Shown here in pieces: positions 37,060 through 48,914 of a stretch of 64,000 bases of DNA. Source of the stretch: Chiloscyllium plagiosum (taxonomy: Eukaryota); the NCBI RefSeq assembly GCF_004010195.1, contig NC_057719.1:46014021-46078020 (forward strand). Direction: 5' to 3'. Made by a program: the position numbers and the translations under genes. The notes below the pieces were generated by a model, which saw nothing but the letters and a program-made list of their open reading frames with translations, was not told the origin of the DNA and searched no databases. Position 1 is the first letter of the stretch. Every line of letters starts with the position of its first letter.

Positions 37060-37430
37060 CAGAGTGGACAGGCCTTCTCCCCTACACAGAACAGATAGAT
37101 TCTCCCCCTTCCAGCCAGTGGGCAGCCTCTCCCAGACAGTGGACTGCCCTTTCCCTCACAGGAATTGAAAATCCTCTCCCATGCACAAAATGGACAGCCC
37201 CCTCCCTCCCAGACAGTGGACAGTCATCTCTCCCATCCCAGGAGGTGGACATCCCCACTGCCCCCCACACATGCAATCGACAGCCCCATCCCCTCCCAAA
37301 CAGTGGACAGTCCCCTCCCTACCAGAGGGGACAGTCCCGATCCCCCCCCTAGATAGTGGACAGTCCTCTCTTCCCCTCCCAGACAGTGGATTCCCTCCGC
37401 TCCCCGAAACAGTGGACAATCCCCTCTCGC
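37060..37430 (+). repeat. Degenerate ~29-32 bp minisatellite (cagtggacagtcccctccctccc-like)
   Basis: gtggac/agtgga core recurs about 11 times, separated by C-rich spacers. Confidence 0.8.
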
Positions 37431-37534
37431 TCCTCAGAGGCTGGATAGCTGGAGGTCCCTCCCACATTAATGCCAGTCCCTATATTTTGCAGGAAGAGGC
37501 AAACAGTGGCAGGATGTGGCTCACATGCCAGAGA

Positions 37535-37685
37535 AACAGTGGCTTAGTGGTTAGCACTGCTGCCTCCCAGTGCCAGGGACCTGAGTTTGAATCTAGCCTT
37601 CAGCAACTGTCTGTGTGGTGTTTGCACATTCTCCCCGTGTCTACCCCACTCCGTGTTGGAGGGTCAATGTGTTTTTGTTGGGCCG
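37535..37685 (+). mobile_element. Internally deleted HE1-type SINE
   Basis: gtggttagcactgctgcctc...tttgcacattctccccgtgtc. Confidence 0.75.
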
Positions 37686-39094
37686 AAGTTATTAAAAAAA
37701 TCAAAACTCAGTAGGGACATTTGAAAACATTGTTGAGTTCAAATGCTTTTTTTTTGGTACGTGGGCCCTATCCCACATTTGTGAGAGTTACATATTTTTA
37801 GAGTAACATAATTGTATTCTCAAGGTGCAAAGTTCTTTAATTCACTTATTCACTAAGTTTTGAAAAAAAAGCCTGCCTTTGTCTGAGCGTGGGCTATGCT
37901 TGTGTTTTCAATTAGTTGTTTATTAACATAATCCTATGTTCTATTTTAATAGAAGTATTGCTGCTTAACTCTCCACAATTTATCATATCACAATTTGATC
38001 GATAGCTCCAGAGAAATTTGTGTTTTTGTGGAATTAAGTACTAGGAAGAATTTAAATGTGCCGTATGGGCTTTTATGAATGTGATGTTGCATAGAGGGTA
38101 TTAGGACAAAAGGACGATACTGGTGAGGTACAGGTTTTTACTAAGTTGGCAAAGGGAATTTTAAAAGAGATTATGAAGGGCCACTAGGCTGGAACATCCA
38201 TGGATGGCTTATGGGAATCAGTGGTTGTAATAATGAGGACAAGAGAACTAATATTTAACAATACAATGGAGCAAGGACCCAGAGAACCAAAGCAGACCTT
38301 CTAACCTGTCCACCCCAGCAACCCATCTCCACCTGTGATCTGCATCCATGATGGACACATTTCCAATATGAACCTGCCTGCCCACAATGAGATCTTGTCA
38401 CTTGGGACATCTTACCTTCTGAGATGGATGTGGAAGCTAAGAAAGTTCCCACACTGTGCACGTGCCTTGGGTATAAAATCCCAATTGTTTCTCAATGTAA
38501 AATGACAGTGCTCACCCCCACTTGCAGATCTCATAGGAAATCTGCCTTCATTGAAAGGGACACTAACCAGTTAGGGAGTTGCAAGGTCACTTTGAGGCCT
38601 GCCTCACATTAATCTGATACCAGAGATATTTGTAAATGTATCCTGTATTGACAGATACCTCATTGAATTTGAAATTTATATTAATAAAGTACTTTATTTG
38701 AAGTACTTTTATGAATAAATATTTTCTTTATGTGCTGAGAGGAAATCAGTATAAAACTAGTATAGCCTTGGTGTGTATCACACACCGTAATATACATGTT
38801 GCATTTTAACTTCAATCTTAATTCTCATTACTTTCTCTGTTTTCCATCTTGACTGTATTCTTGCCTTTTTCTTTGGGCATCTCACTATTCTTGCTAATCA
38901 CAAGTCAGTCTGAAGCCCTAGCACTATTGAAGAAGAAGTGGTATTCACAAGTCCTTTGTTTAATTCCCCCCAACAACCCTAAAAAAAATTACACGTGTTC
39001 GAACTTGGAAACAAAGGTCAGGAAATGCTGGAAACGCTCTGAGTCAGGCACATTTATCTACGGAGAAAACAGATCAGTTAAGAACTCCAGGATA

Positions 39095-39540
39095 TCTCAA
39101 AGCACTTTACAGCCAGTTTCAAAGTATAGTCACTGTTCTAATAAATGAAGCACAAAGGCCAATTTGCATACAGCAAGCTCTCAAAAACAGGAATGTGATA
39201 GTGACCAGATAATCTATTTTTAGTGATGTTGATCGAGGGATAAATATTGGCAAGGAGAGTTTCCCTGCTATTCTTGCTATGTTCTTCCAGCCCCCTATTT
39301 GTCTACCTTGGATTCCAGCATCTGCAATTTTTTTGTCTTGAACCAATTCTTTAAAATAATGTCACCGGATCCATGTCATCTGCTAGAGAGCACAGATGCT
39401 GAGAGAAACGCAGTTTAAGATCTTATCTAAATGATATGGCATCCTTGACATCAGAGCCCATCTAGATTTTTAATGAGCACAAGTCTCAAGTAGGACCCAA
39501 ACGAAAAACCTTCCAACTCAGCGTGCTACCAACTGAGCTT
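39095..39540 (-). mobile_element. DeuSINE with a small PLE fragment inside
   Basis: Reverse complement of the 22350-22855 family. Confidence 0.65.
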
Positions 39541-39932
39541 CATTTATAGCTCCACTACAAACGCTAAATAGTTTGATTACTTATGATTAACTAAAAGATT
39601 TTTTTATGTACTCATGGAACATGGATGTCGATGGCCAGGCCAGCATTTATTGTCTGTCTCTAGTTTCCCTTGAGAAGGTTGTGGTGAGCTACCTTCTTGA
39701 ACTGCTGCAGTTCATGTCCTGTAAGTAGACTCAGGTAGGGAGTTCCAGGGTTTTGATCCAGTGACACTGAAGGAATGATAACATATTTCCAAATTGGGCT
39801 GTTAAGTGGGGCTTAGAGAAAAACTTGCAAGTTATGGCATTCCCATGTACCACTGCCTTTATCCTTCAAGATGATAATCAGATTTTAGATTAGATTCCCA
39901 ACAGTATTGAATGATCGTGGGTTTGGAAGGTG

Positions 39933-41672
39933 TTGTGGTTCTGTTCGCCAAGCTGGGAATTTGTGTACCCTGTCTAGGTGACATCCTCGGTGCTTGGGAG
40001 CATCCTGTGAAGCGCTTCTGTGATGTTTCCTCCAGCATTTATAGTGATTTGTATCTGCCGCTCCCGGTTGTCAGTTCCAGCTGTCCATTGCAGTGGTCGG
40101 TATATTGGGTCCAGGTCGATGTGCTTATTGATTGAATCTGTGGATGAGTGCCATGCCTCGAGGAATTCCCTGGCTGTTCTCTGTTTGGCTTGTCCTATAA
40201 TAGTAATGTTGTCCCAGTCGAATTCATGTTGCTTGTCATCTGCGTGTGTGGCTACTAAGATAGCTGGTCGTGTCGTTTCGTGGCGAGTTGGTGTTCATGG
40301 GTACGGATCATTAGCTGTCTTCATGTTTGTCCTATGTAGTGTTTTGTGCAGTCCTTGCATGGGATTTTGTACACTACATTAGTTTTGNNNNNNNNNNNNN
40401 NNNNNNNNNNNNNNNNNNNNNNNNNNNNNNNNNNNNNNNNNNNNNNNNNNNNNNNNNNNNNNNNNNNNNNNNNNNNNNNNNNNNNNNNNNNNNNNNNNNN
40501 NNNNNNNNNNNNNNNNNNNNNNNNNNNNNNNNNNNNNNNNNNNNNNNNNNNNNNNNNNNNNNNNNNNNNNNNNNNNNNNNNNNNNNNNNNNNNNNNNNNN
40601 NNNNNNNNNNNNNNNNNNNNNNNNNNNNNNNNNNNNNNNNNNNNNNNNNNNNNNNNNNNNNNNNNNNNNNNNNNNNNNNNNNNNNNNNNNNNNNNNNNNN
40701 NNNNNNNNNNNNNNNNNNNNNNNNNNNNNNNNNNNNNNNNNNNNNNNNNNNNNNNNNNNNNNNNNNNNNNNNNNNNNNNNNNNNNNNNNNNNNNNNNNNN
40801 NNNNNNNNNNNNNNNNNNNNNNNNNNNNNNNNNNNNNNNNNNNNNNNNNNNNNNNNNNNNATGGGTGTGCCGTTGATTTGTTCATATATTTGGTTGTTGA
40901 ATGTGAAGTGTGTTGTGAGGCACAGGTCCAATAGTTTGAGTATGCCATCTTTGTTGATAGGTTCACCGCCCTGTTGTCTGTTCTGTATGTCCAGCAGGTT
41001 GGCTATTGTTTCTCTGGCTAGGGTTTTGTCGATAGAGGTGAACAGTGCCTTACATCGAATGAGACCATAGTTTCTTCCTTGTCTATGTGTATATTTCTGA
41101 TGATTTCTGATGACCAAGAATTCCTGTGTTGACTGTATAGAGAGTCTGGATCCGCTGATCAAGTGTTTCAGTTTCTGCTGTAGTTCTTTAGCCAGTTTGT
41201 GTGATGGTGCCCCTGGTAGTGATACTATGGGTCTGAGTGGGATGTCTGGTTTGTGCACTTTCGGTAGTCCATAGAATCTGGGGGTGTTGTTGCTTTCAGG
41301 TTTCATTCTCTGTAGGTCAAACGTGGTTATCTGCCTGTTTTTTTGTAGGTTCCTCAGTGTGTTGTTTATCCTATTGGTGACCTGTGGGGTCGGGTCAAAC
41401 TCCCTCTTTTGGTAGGTGTTGGTATCTGCAAGTATATATATACCGGACCCAATATACCGGCCACTGCAGCGGACAGCTGGAACTGACAACCGGAAGCGGC
41501 AGATACAAATCACTATAAATGCCGGAGGAAACATCACAGAAGCGCTTCACAGGAGGCTCCCAAGCACTGAGGATGTCACCTAGACAAGGTACGAAACATC
41601 TGCAACACAAATTCCCAGCTCGGTGAACAGAACCACAACAACGAGCATCCGAGTTACAAATCTTCTCCCAAA
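39933..41672 (-). mobile_element. Penelope-like (Poseidon-like) element with RT, GIY-YIG and inverted pLTR, spanning a gap
   Basis: FYGLPKVHKPDIPLRPIVS and FTFNNQIYEQINGTP; inverted pLTR at 41445-41672; 12-bp TSD gtttggaaggtg at 39921-39932 and 41673-41684 within a host LINE. Confidence 0.9.
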
Positions 41673-42519
41673 GTTTGGAAGGTGCTGTCTTAGGAGCCTT
41701 GGTGAATTTCCGCAGTGCATCTTGTAGATAGCATCCACTATTGCGAGTAACCATTGGTGGTGGAGAAAGTGTTTGCAGTGTGTCCATCCTGAGTTTAAGC
41801 ATGGTATTTAAGATGAAAATATGATTCTGTTGTTTTTGTTAAAAATGAATTGCATGCCTTCACCTCGTAACATGTTGAAGGAGAGTTGAGGCAAATATAT
41901 GAGGAACCTTTTACATAGAATATACAAAGAAGACAGAAGAGAAAGAGACCAGCTGTTCCCCAGATCTGTCCCTTCCAGAAAGCACCAACAGAAATCTCAA
42001 ACATCCCTGTCCACCAACAGCCTCCCGGGGAAAGGAAAACAAATTAAAATCTTGAAGGCAATTTCAAAGGAAAACAACATTGGAAGATGACTAAAGATGA
42101 TTAAAAATGAGTTGATTCTTGCTCAAATGGCAATCATTCGACTTTTATGATTGCAGTTCAATTACGTTACTGATGCTTTTCTCAGTGTTGTTTTGAGCAT
42201 GAGTTGGGTTAGATGAATCCTAAGGAGTTTGCTCTTTTTTCAAACACCACAGTGAGGCATCTGAACAGGACTTCCAAAGAAGATAATCTCGTCTCAAGTC
42301 TCATAGGGGTATGTGCTCGATGTATGTCATCTTTTCAGATGTACATCTGATGGTAAACTATCATGCCAAGTTGATGTTGATCTAAAAAGGATGGACTGAG
42401 TAATCACATAAGAAAAGTTATGAAGTCACAAGGGCACAAATTGGCTGAGCTGGATTGGGAAATACATTAAAAGGCATGACTGTAATTAGGCAGTGAATAG
42501 TCTTTAAAGACCTGTTTCA

Positions 42520-43670
42520 TGGCTCACAATAAGTATCAAACTTGATAAAGGGGAGTCAGTGTGCATAGTATACATGGATTGTCCACAGGCTTTTGCTAAG
42601 GTCCCTGCTAAGGGGCTGGTTAACAAAGTTAAAGCACATGGTATAGGTGACAATGTACTGACATGAATTAAGGATTGGCTAACAGACAGAAAACAAAGAG
42701 TAGGAATAAAAGGAACCGTCTCACATTGGCATGCTGTGACTAGAGGGGTACCACAACAATCAGTACTTGGGTCCCAGCTGTTCACAACGTATATAGATTT
42801 GGAGGTGGAGACCAAACACAATGTTTACAAAATTGCAGACAGTACAAAAAGTAAGGGGGAATGGGTGTTGTGAGGAAGGTATAAAACAGTGTCAGAGAGA
42901 TTTGGACATGCTTAGTTCGTGGGCAAGAACATGGTAGATGGAATGCAATGTGAATACCCACTTTGGTACATGGAACAGATGTGCAGAGTACTTCTTAAAT
43001 GGTGAGAGATTGGAAAATGTAGATGTGCAAAAGCACCTAGTAGTCCTTGTCACTGAAGGCTAACATGCAGGTGCAGCAAATTATTAGGATGGTTAATATA
43101 ATTCAAGCCTTTATTGCAAGAGGATTTGAGAACAGGAGAACTGCTTCACTTGTCTGGGAGCTTGGTTAGATCACATTTGAAGTACTGTTTGAAGTTTTGG
43201 TCTCCTTATCTCAGGAAAGATATTATTGCCATAAAAGGAATGCAGCAAAGGCTCACCAGACTTGGACCCAGGATGGTAAGACTATCTTATAAACAGAGAT
43301 TGAGAAAACTGGGCTAGAGTTTCAAAGATTGAGATGTATTCTCATTGAAACCTACATAATACTTCAAGGGATAAATATTTCCCCTGATTGGAAGAACAGA
43401 ATCGGGGGATCAATTTATACATAAGGGGGATATCATTTAGGACCGAGTCAAGAATAAGCTTTACTCAGAAGGTAGTGAATCTGTCCAGACGGCTGTCAAA
43501 GCTCAGTCTTTGAATACATTTAAAGTAGAGTTAATAGTTTTCTGATGAGCACTGGCATGAACCATTATGGGGATAATATGGATTAAAGGCATTGGCATTT
43601 GATCAGCCATGATCTTATTAAATGACAGAACAGGTTTGATAGGCTGAATGACCTCCTCCTGCGTCTAAAA
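42520..43670 (+). mobile_element. Old CR1 LINE 3' portion
   Basis: AVTRGVPQQSVLGP and LVRSHLKYCLKFWSPYLRKDI peptides; 3' end gatcagccatgatc...ggctgaatgacctcctcctgc. Confidence 0.85.
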
Positions 43671-45184
43671 TGTTACAAAAGGTATTTTGTACTTTTAAAT
43701 AAGATAAATATTCAGAATAATTAACAAAAACACATTGCCACATAGAATGTGCAGTACAAAGCAGACCATTTATTCCAGTCAAACTATGCTTATATTTTTG
43801 CTCCACTTGAGCCTCTTTCAGAGCTGCATCTAACTCGATTAACAATAATCAGTATGGCTGCAAGACCAGCATTCTGAAGATTTTAAAATTTAATCTACTT
43901 AACTAGAAAAGCATTTATTTGTTTGTTACTTCCATGACTGTATAAACTGCCATTACAAATGTTGGATCTATAGTGGCTATGCAGAAAAGATAATTCATAC
44001 AAAAAAACTGCCCATCAGGCATGAGACACTGGAGCTAAACAGTATGACTTCATTAGCTCACCTAAATGAGCAGTGACTATGCACTAAAAATGATTTATGC
44101 AGCTATTGGCCTTACATGATTAACTTGCTTATGAAACTTATTTCACAATTTGAGTGGGTCCTTGGTATATGTATAGTGTTTTTTTTTGCTGCCTCACACA
44201 ACACCATTTTAGACAGTAAAATGATTCTTTTCCTGATGCCGTGAGTTTATGTGCATGCTCCTGCTGCAACCCCTGTTCGAAGCATGACACAAACTGGTAT
44301 TTATATTTTAGTTATTTATGGTGGAACTGAGATAATGCAGTTATTAATGCCGGGTGCACAGTGACTTTACTCATCTTTCTCAGAGATTTATTTCATAAAA
44401 CTCACTGCTCAGGAAAAGACTGAGAACAAATATACATACTGAGGTCAAGTAAGGGTATCATATTAAAAACTAATTATAGGTTTGTTCTGGTAATTTGATT
44501 CAATCGTGTTCAATTGAATGAGATCTCTCTATCTTGGTACTCTACAAGTATTTTGGCCTCAAAATTTATGAGAAGGTGGAGTGAGCAAGCTATACCAGGT
44601 CTCCAGGAGGGCCAGCCCAATTTATAAGCAGGATCTGATTTAAAACCTTAGTTATGTCTGCAGCCAGTCAGATCGAATGACTGTCCGGCAGGAAGCTGTA
44701 TGGCTCCAGACAGCAGCTGGAGAACAGAGAAGAGGGAAAGAGAAAAGGAGAGATCACAAGTTTGGGTACACAGACAAATTAGGGGAGACCTAAGACATGG
44801 CCATTGGCCAGTTAGATGACAGTGACGGACACATGGGTGGCTGAGAGTGGCAGTGGTTTGATCACAGGGAGTGGGAAACAAGCTAGCACCTGCTCATTTT
44901 TACCCACAGGCAGTGCTGGAAAACCATTTTCTATAGAACTGGGTATTCCCATCTGACTAGTTCAACTAACTGGTTTGTCATAAGGTCGAGAAAACTGGGC
45001 CCCAGGTGTTAATTTAAATCACAGCTAAAGTTTAGAGTAAGCAACCAGCATAAAATATTTACATTAGGAACCTGGAACTGGAGAGTAGGTTAGTCACCAA
45101 CCCCAAACCAGATTCTGCTCAAATGAAATATGGCTCCAATGATAGACAACTCAAGACCAACAAGTACATTAGACTCATTACAAG

Positions 45185-45597
45185 GGCTGGTGATAGATTA
45201 GTGGTACTATTGCTTGACTATTAGTCCAGACACCCAAATAATGTTCTGAGGACCTAAAAATCGAATCTTATCTTGGCAGATGGTTGAATGTGAATTCTGG
45301 AGTTTAATGATGACCATGAAACCACTGCTGTTGTTCAGTAAAAAACCTATTACAAGTTAAATTGACTGGAACCAATGTACCAACATCTTCCTGCCTATGT
45401 CCTTCAACCACATTCACAAACAGGAACCATCTGGTTCACTTACACCCTTCAAGGAAAGAAACTACCATCATTACTGACCTTGGCTACCTGTGACTCCAGA
45501 CCCACAGCAAGGTGGTTGACTCTTAACTGCTCTCTGGACAATTAGGGACGGGTAATAGGTCCTGCCAGTGACACCCACATCCCACGAATGAATAAAA
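45185..45597 (+). mobile_element. tRNA-derived SINE (3383 family) with ~70-bp internal insertion
   Basis: gtgactccagacccacagcaa...aatgaataaaa tail identical in type to the 3383 copy. Confidence 0.75.
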
Positions 45598-46368
45598 ACC
45601 AAAGGACCCTAAAGGAGTTCTTGGGGTAGGGGTGAGGACTGTGCCAGAAACAACACTAGGATCTGCAGTTCCTGTCCCTGAATTAGGGGAAAATTAGGGT
45701 AGGGATCAACATTTTTGAAATTTTCACTTGTCAAAAGATTTAGGAACAGAAGTAGGCCATTCAACTCATTGTGTCAGCTCTGCCATTCACTGGGACCATG
45801 GCTGGTCTGATAATCCTCTGCTCCAGTTTCCAACGATTTCCGATAACTTCTATTCCCTTACTGCTTAAAAACCTGTCTGTCACAGCCTTGACCAAACTTT
45901 ACAACCAGAGCCGCGACTGCCCTCTGCAGTAAAGAATCATTACCCTCTGTGAGAAGAAATTCCTGGTCTCTGTCCTAGCTGGGTGACCCCTTACTCTGGG
46001 ATTATGCCCTCTCATCCTAAACTCTCCCACAAGACCAGACAATGTCTCTGTATCTACCCTGTTGTCACCGCTAAGTATCTTATATGTTTCCATATCGTTG
46101 CCTTTCATTCTTATAAACTGCAATGAGCACAGACCCAACCTACTCAGCCTCTCCATAAAAGACAGTCCCTCCATATCTGGGGTCAGCCTACTCAGTCTTT
46201 GGTGGACTGCCAGTATATCTTTTCTTTAGATAAAGGGCCCAAAACTGTTCACCATTGCAGTGATAGGAACTATAGCCAGGTGGATCTCATTCACTATGAA
46301 ATTCTTGATTGGAGTTTTTAAACATGGGCTAATCAAGGATTCCTGGCTGACAGATATAAACTGGAAGT

Positions 46369-46462
46369 TTCACTGTGTCTCACACCTGCACACACACACC
46401 ATGGATGCTGGGGGGAAAAATAAGCACTACCGCACTTAGTGGTAGTGTGGGGGATAAAAAAA
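46369..46462 (+). mobile_element. 94-bp poly(A)-tailed retro-insert (family A 3' end)
   Basis: Flanked by ATAAACTGGAAGT on both sides; hairpin cactaccgc/gtggtagtg at 46425-46447; homologous to 29352-29449. Confidence 0.8.
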
Positions 46463-46475
46463 ATAAACTGGAAGT

Positions 46476-46967
46476 TAGCCAAATGGTATGGAGGAGCAGA
46501 CTAAGAGCTGGAAGGCAGATAGGCCATCCTCAGCACTGTCACCCTGGGCGGGTACTGGGGCGGGCTGTCCTAGAGGTGGTCGAAAGGTGTGTCAGGATGG
46601 ACCGAGAACTGGAAGAGGCATGGGGTGGACCGAGAGCAGGAAGGTGTGTAGGGGTGGGCTGCCTTAGAGTGGCTGGAAGGTGGGAGGGGTGGCAGGGGCT
46701 TGCTGGGTCCGAAATGTATGCACTTTTTTTTATGTAACAGGATTGTTTCATGTACAAATGTCATTGTTACTGTCTTGTAATGTTTGAAACTGGGATTTGA
46801 GGTCTGTTCTCATTTCCCTGTAAACTGGTTGAACGGTAGGGTTTGGGGCCTGTTTTGCTGCTCCTCTCCCTTGTAAAATTGCTGTTGTATACAGCTGTAA
46901 ATGTTAACTGTTTTTATAAACTGTTTTGAAAATTGTTTTGTAACTGTTTAATAAAATTAAAAAAAAA
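46476..46967 (+). mobile_element. Poly(A)-tailed retro-insert B1 (possible Tx1/L1-clade 3' end)
   Basis: AATAAA at 46950 plus A tail; T-rich 3' UTR; VWRSRLRA...VLEVVERCVRMDREL is reminiscent of Tx1 ORF2 C-termini (tentative). Confidence 0.65.
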
Positions 46968-46980
46968 ATAAACTGGAAGT

Positions 46981-47462
46981 TAGCCCAATTGTATGTAGGG
47001 GCAGACTGAGAGCTGGAAGGTGGGTAGGCCGTCCTGACCACTGTCACCTCGGGCGGGTACCGGGGCGGGCTGTCCTAGAGGTGGTCGAAAGATGTGTCAG
47101 GACGGACTGAGAACTGGAAGGGGCATGGGGTGGACCGAGAGCAGGAAGGTGTGTAGGGGCGGGCTGCCGAGAATGGCTGGAGGGAGGGACGGGGGCTTGC
47201 TGGGTCTGTATTGTATGCACGGTTTTTATGTAACTGGATTGCCTTTTTATGTACAAATGTCATTGTTGCTGTCTTGTAATGTTTGAAACTGGGATTTGAG
47301 GTTTGTCCTCATTTCTCATAAAACTGGTTGAACACCAGGGTTTGGGGCCTGGTTTTGCTGCTCCTCTCCCTTGTAAAATTACTGTCTCTTGTATACAGCT
47401 GTAAATGTTAACTGTTTGTTGTAAACTCTTTTGTAATTGTTTAATAAAATAAAACATAAAAA
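46981..47462 (+). mobile_element. Poly(A)-tailed retro-insert B2 (diverged copy of B1)
   Basis: Colinear with B1 with many substitutions and indels; AATAAA at 47443; followed by the fourth ATAAACTGGAAGT. Confidence 0.65.
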
Positions 47463-47625
47463 ATAAACTGGAAGTAGAGAAGGTCTCCTCTGGTTTAGGA
47501 ACTGACTTTGAGCTGGCTGGTCACAGCCTATGTACAGTGCCCATATAAATAAAGGGACGGGATACCTGTCTGTGTGCAGTTATTTCAACCATATTTTAGA
47601 TCTGGTCTGACTAGTGCCTTGTATA

Positions 47626-47929
47626 GATTAGATTAGATTAGATTACTTACAGTGTGGAAACAGGCCCTTCGGCCCAACAAGTCCACACCGACCCGCCGAA
47701 GCGCAACCCACCCATACTCCTACATCTACCCCTTACCTAACACTACGGGCAATTTAGCATGGCCAATTCACCTGACCTGCACATCTTTGGAGTGTGGGAG
47801 GAAACCGGAGCACCCGGAGGAAACCCACGCAGACACGGGGAGAATGTGCAAACTCCACACAGTCAGTCGCCTGAGGCGGGAATTGAACCCGGGTCTCTGG
47901 CGCTGTGAGGCAGCAGTGCTAACCACTGT
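47626..47929 (-). mobile_element. HE1-type V-SINE (young)
   Basis: Near-identical to the reverse complement of 1157-1462; (gatta)n tail. Confidence 0.9.
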
Positions 47930-48914
47930 ATAGTTTTAGCAAGACTTCCTCATTTTTATACTCCACTCCCCTGCCTTCCTTACTTCTTGCTTTACAAGAA
48001 TGCTAACTTTTTTGTAATTTNNNNNNNNNNNNNNNNNNNNNNNNNNNNNNNNNNNNNNNNNNNNNNNNNNNNNNNNNNNNNNNNNNNNNNNNNNNNNNNN
48101 NNNNNNNNNNNNNNNNNNNNNNNNNNNNNNNNNNNNNNNNNNNNNNNNNNNNNNNNNNNNNNNNNNNNNNNNNNNNNNNNNNNNNNNNNNNNNNNNNNNN
48201 NNNNNNNNNNNNNNNNNNNNNNNNNNNNNNNNNNNNNNNNNNNNNNNNNNNNNNNNNNNNNNNNNNNNNNNNNNNNNNNNNNNNNNNNNNNNNNNNNNNN
48301 NNNNNNNNNNNNNNNNNNNNNNNNNNNNNNNNNNNNNNNNNNNNNNNNNNNNNNNNNNNNNNNNNNNNNNNNNNNNNNNNNNNNNNNNNNNNNNNNNNNN
48401 NNNNNNNNNNNNNNNNNNNNNNNNNNNNNNNNNNNNNNNNNNNNNNNNNNNNNNNNNNNNNNNNNNNNNNNNNNNNNNNNNNNNNNNNNNNNNNNNNNNN
48501 NNNNNNNNNNNNNNNNNNNNAGATTTAAACAAAGAAAATTTATGAGCATAGCTAACACTGCAGAACTAGCACCATTTCTTTATTTGGAGAATCAAATAGA
48601 ACACATGTGCACTGTGTGACTGTACAGCATGAGTACAAGAGAAGACCAAGGGTAAACTGATAGCTCTCTTAAGATTGTGAAAGGACTTGGCACAGTAGAC
48701 AGAGACATTTCCATTTGCAGGGATGACCAGAAATAGTGAACATTGAAACAGGATGTTCACTGATAAATTTCTACGTTCATAAATATGGAACTCACCACCA
48801 CATAAAAACATATACCCCTTTAGCCTGCTTCACCATTCAATAAAATCATGGCTGATGTGATTATGGCCTTATTTCAGTTTTGTGCCAATGCTCCATAACC
48901 ATAATCAATAGGAA

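Larger units (their letters stand above)
46256..47587 (+). mobile_element. Solo LTR (~225 bp reconstructed: 46256-46368 + 47476-47587), probably Gypsy-type
   Basis: Starts TG, ends CA, exact 5-bp TSD ACCAT at 46251-46255 and 47588-47592; GATTGG 46307, TATAAA 46355, AATAAA 47548. Confidence 0.85.
45735..47625 (-). mobile_element. CR1 3' fragment split by the solo LTR (45735-46255 and 47588-47625)
   Basis: ERLSRLGLCSLQFIRMKGNDMETYKIL; sequence reads through as gggcccaaaactgttc-accat-attttagatctggtctgactag when the LTR is removed. Confidence 0.85.

Noticed and set aside
36831..37714. 173-aa and 177-aa ORFs
   Set aside because: They run through a C-rich minisatellite and SINE remnants; no domain recognisable.
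46356..47475. CRISPR array (four identical short repeats with spacers)
   Set aside because: Repeats are only 13 bp, spacers are 94-492 bp poly(A)-tailed inserts, the context is eukaryotic and there are no cas genes. Target-site duplications explain it better.
33550..48619. Long ORFs at 33550, 33786-34596, 40327-41537 and 47936-48619
   Set aside because: Their length comes from N gaps; the real parts are Rex1/Babar, PLE or non-coding sequence.
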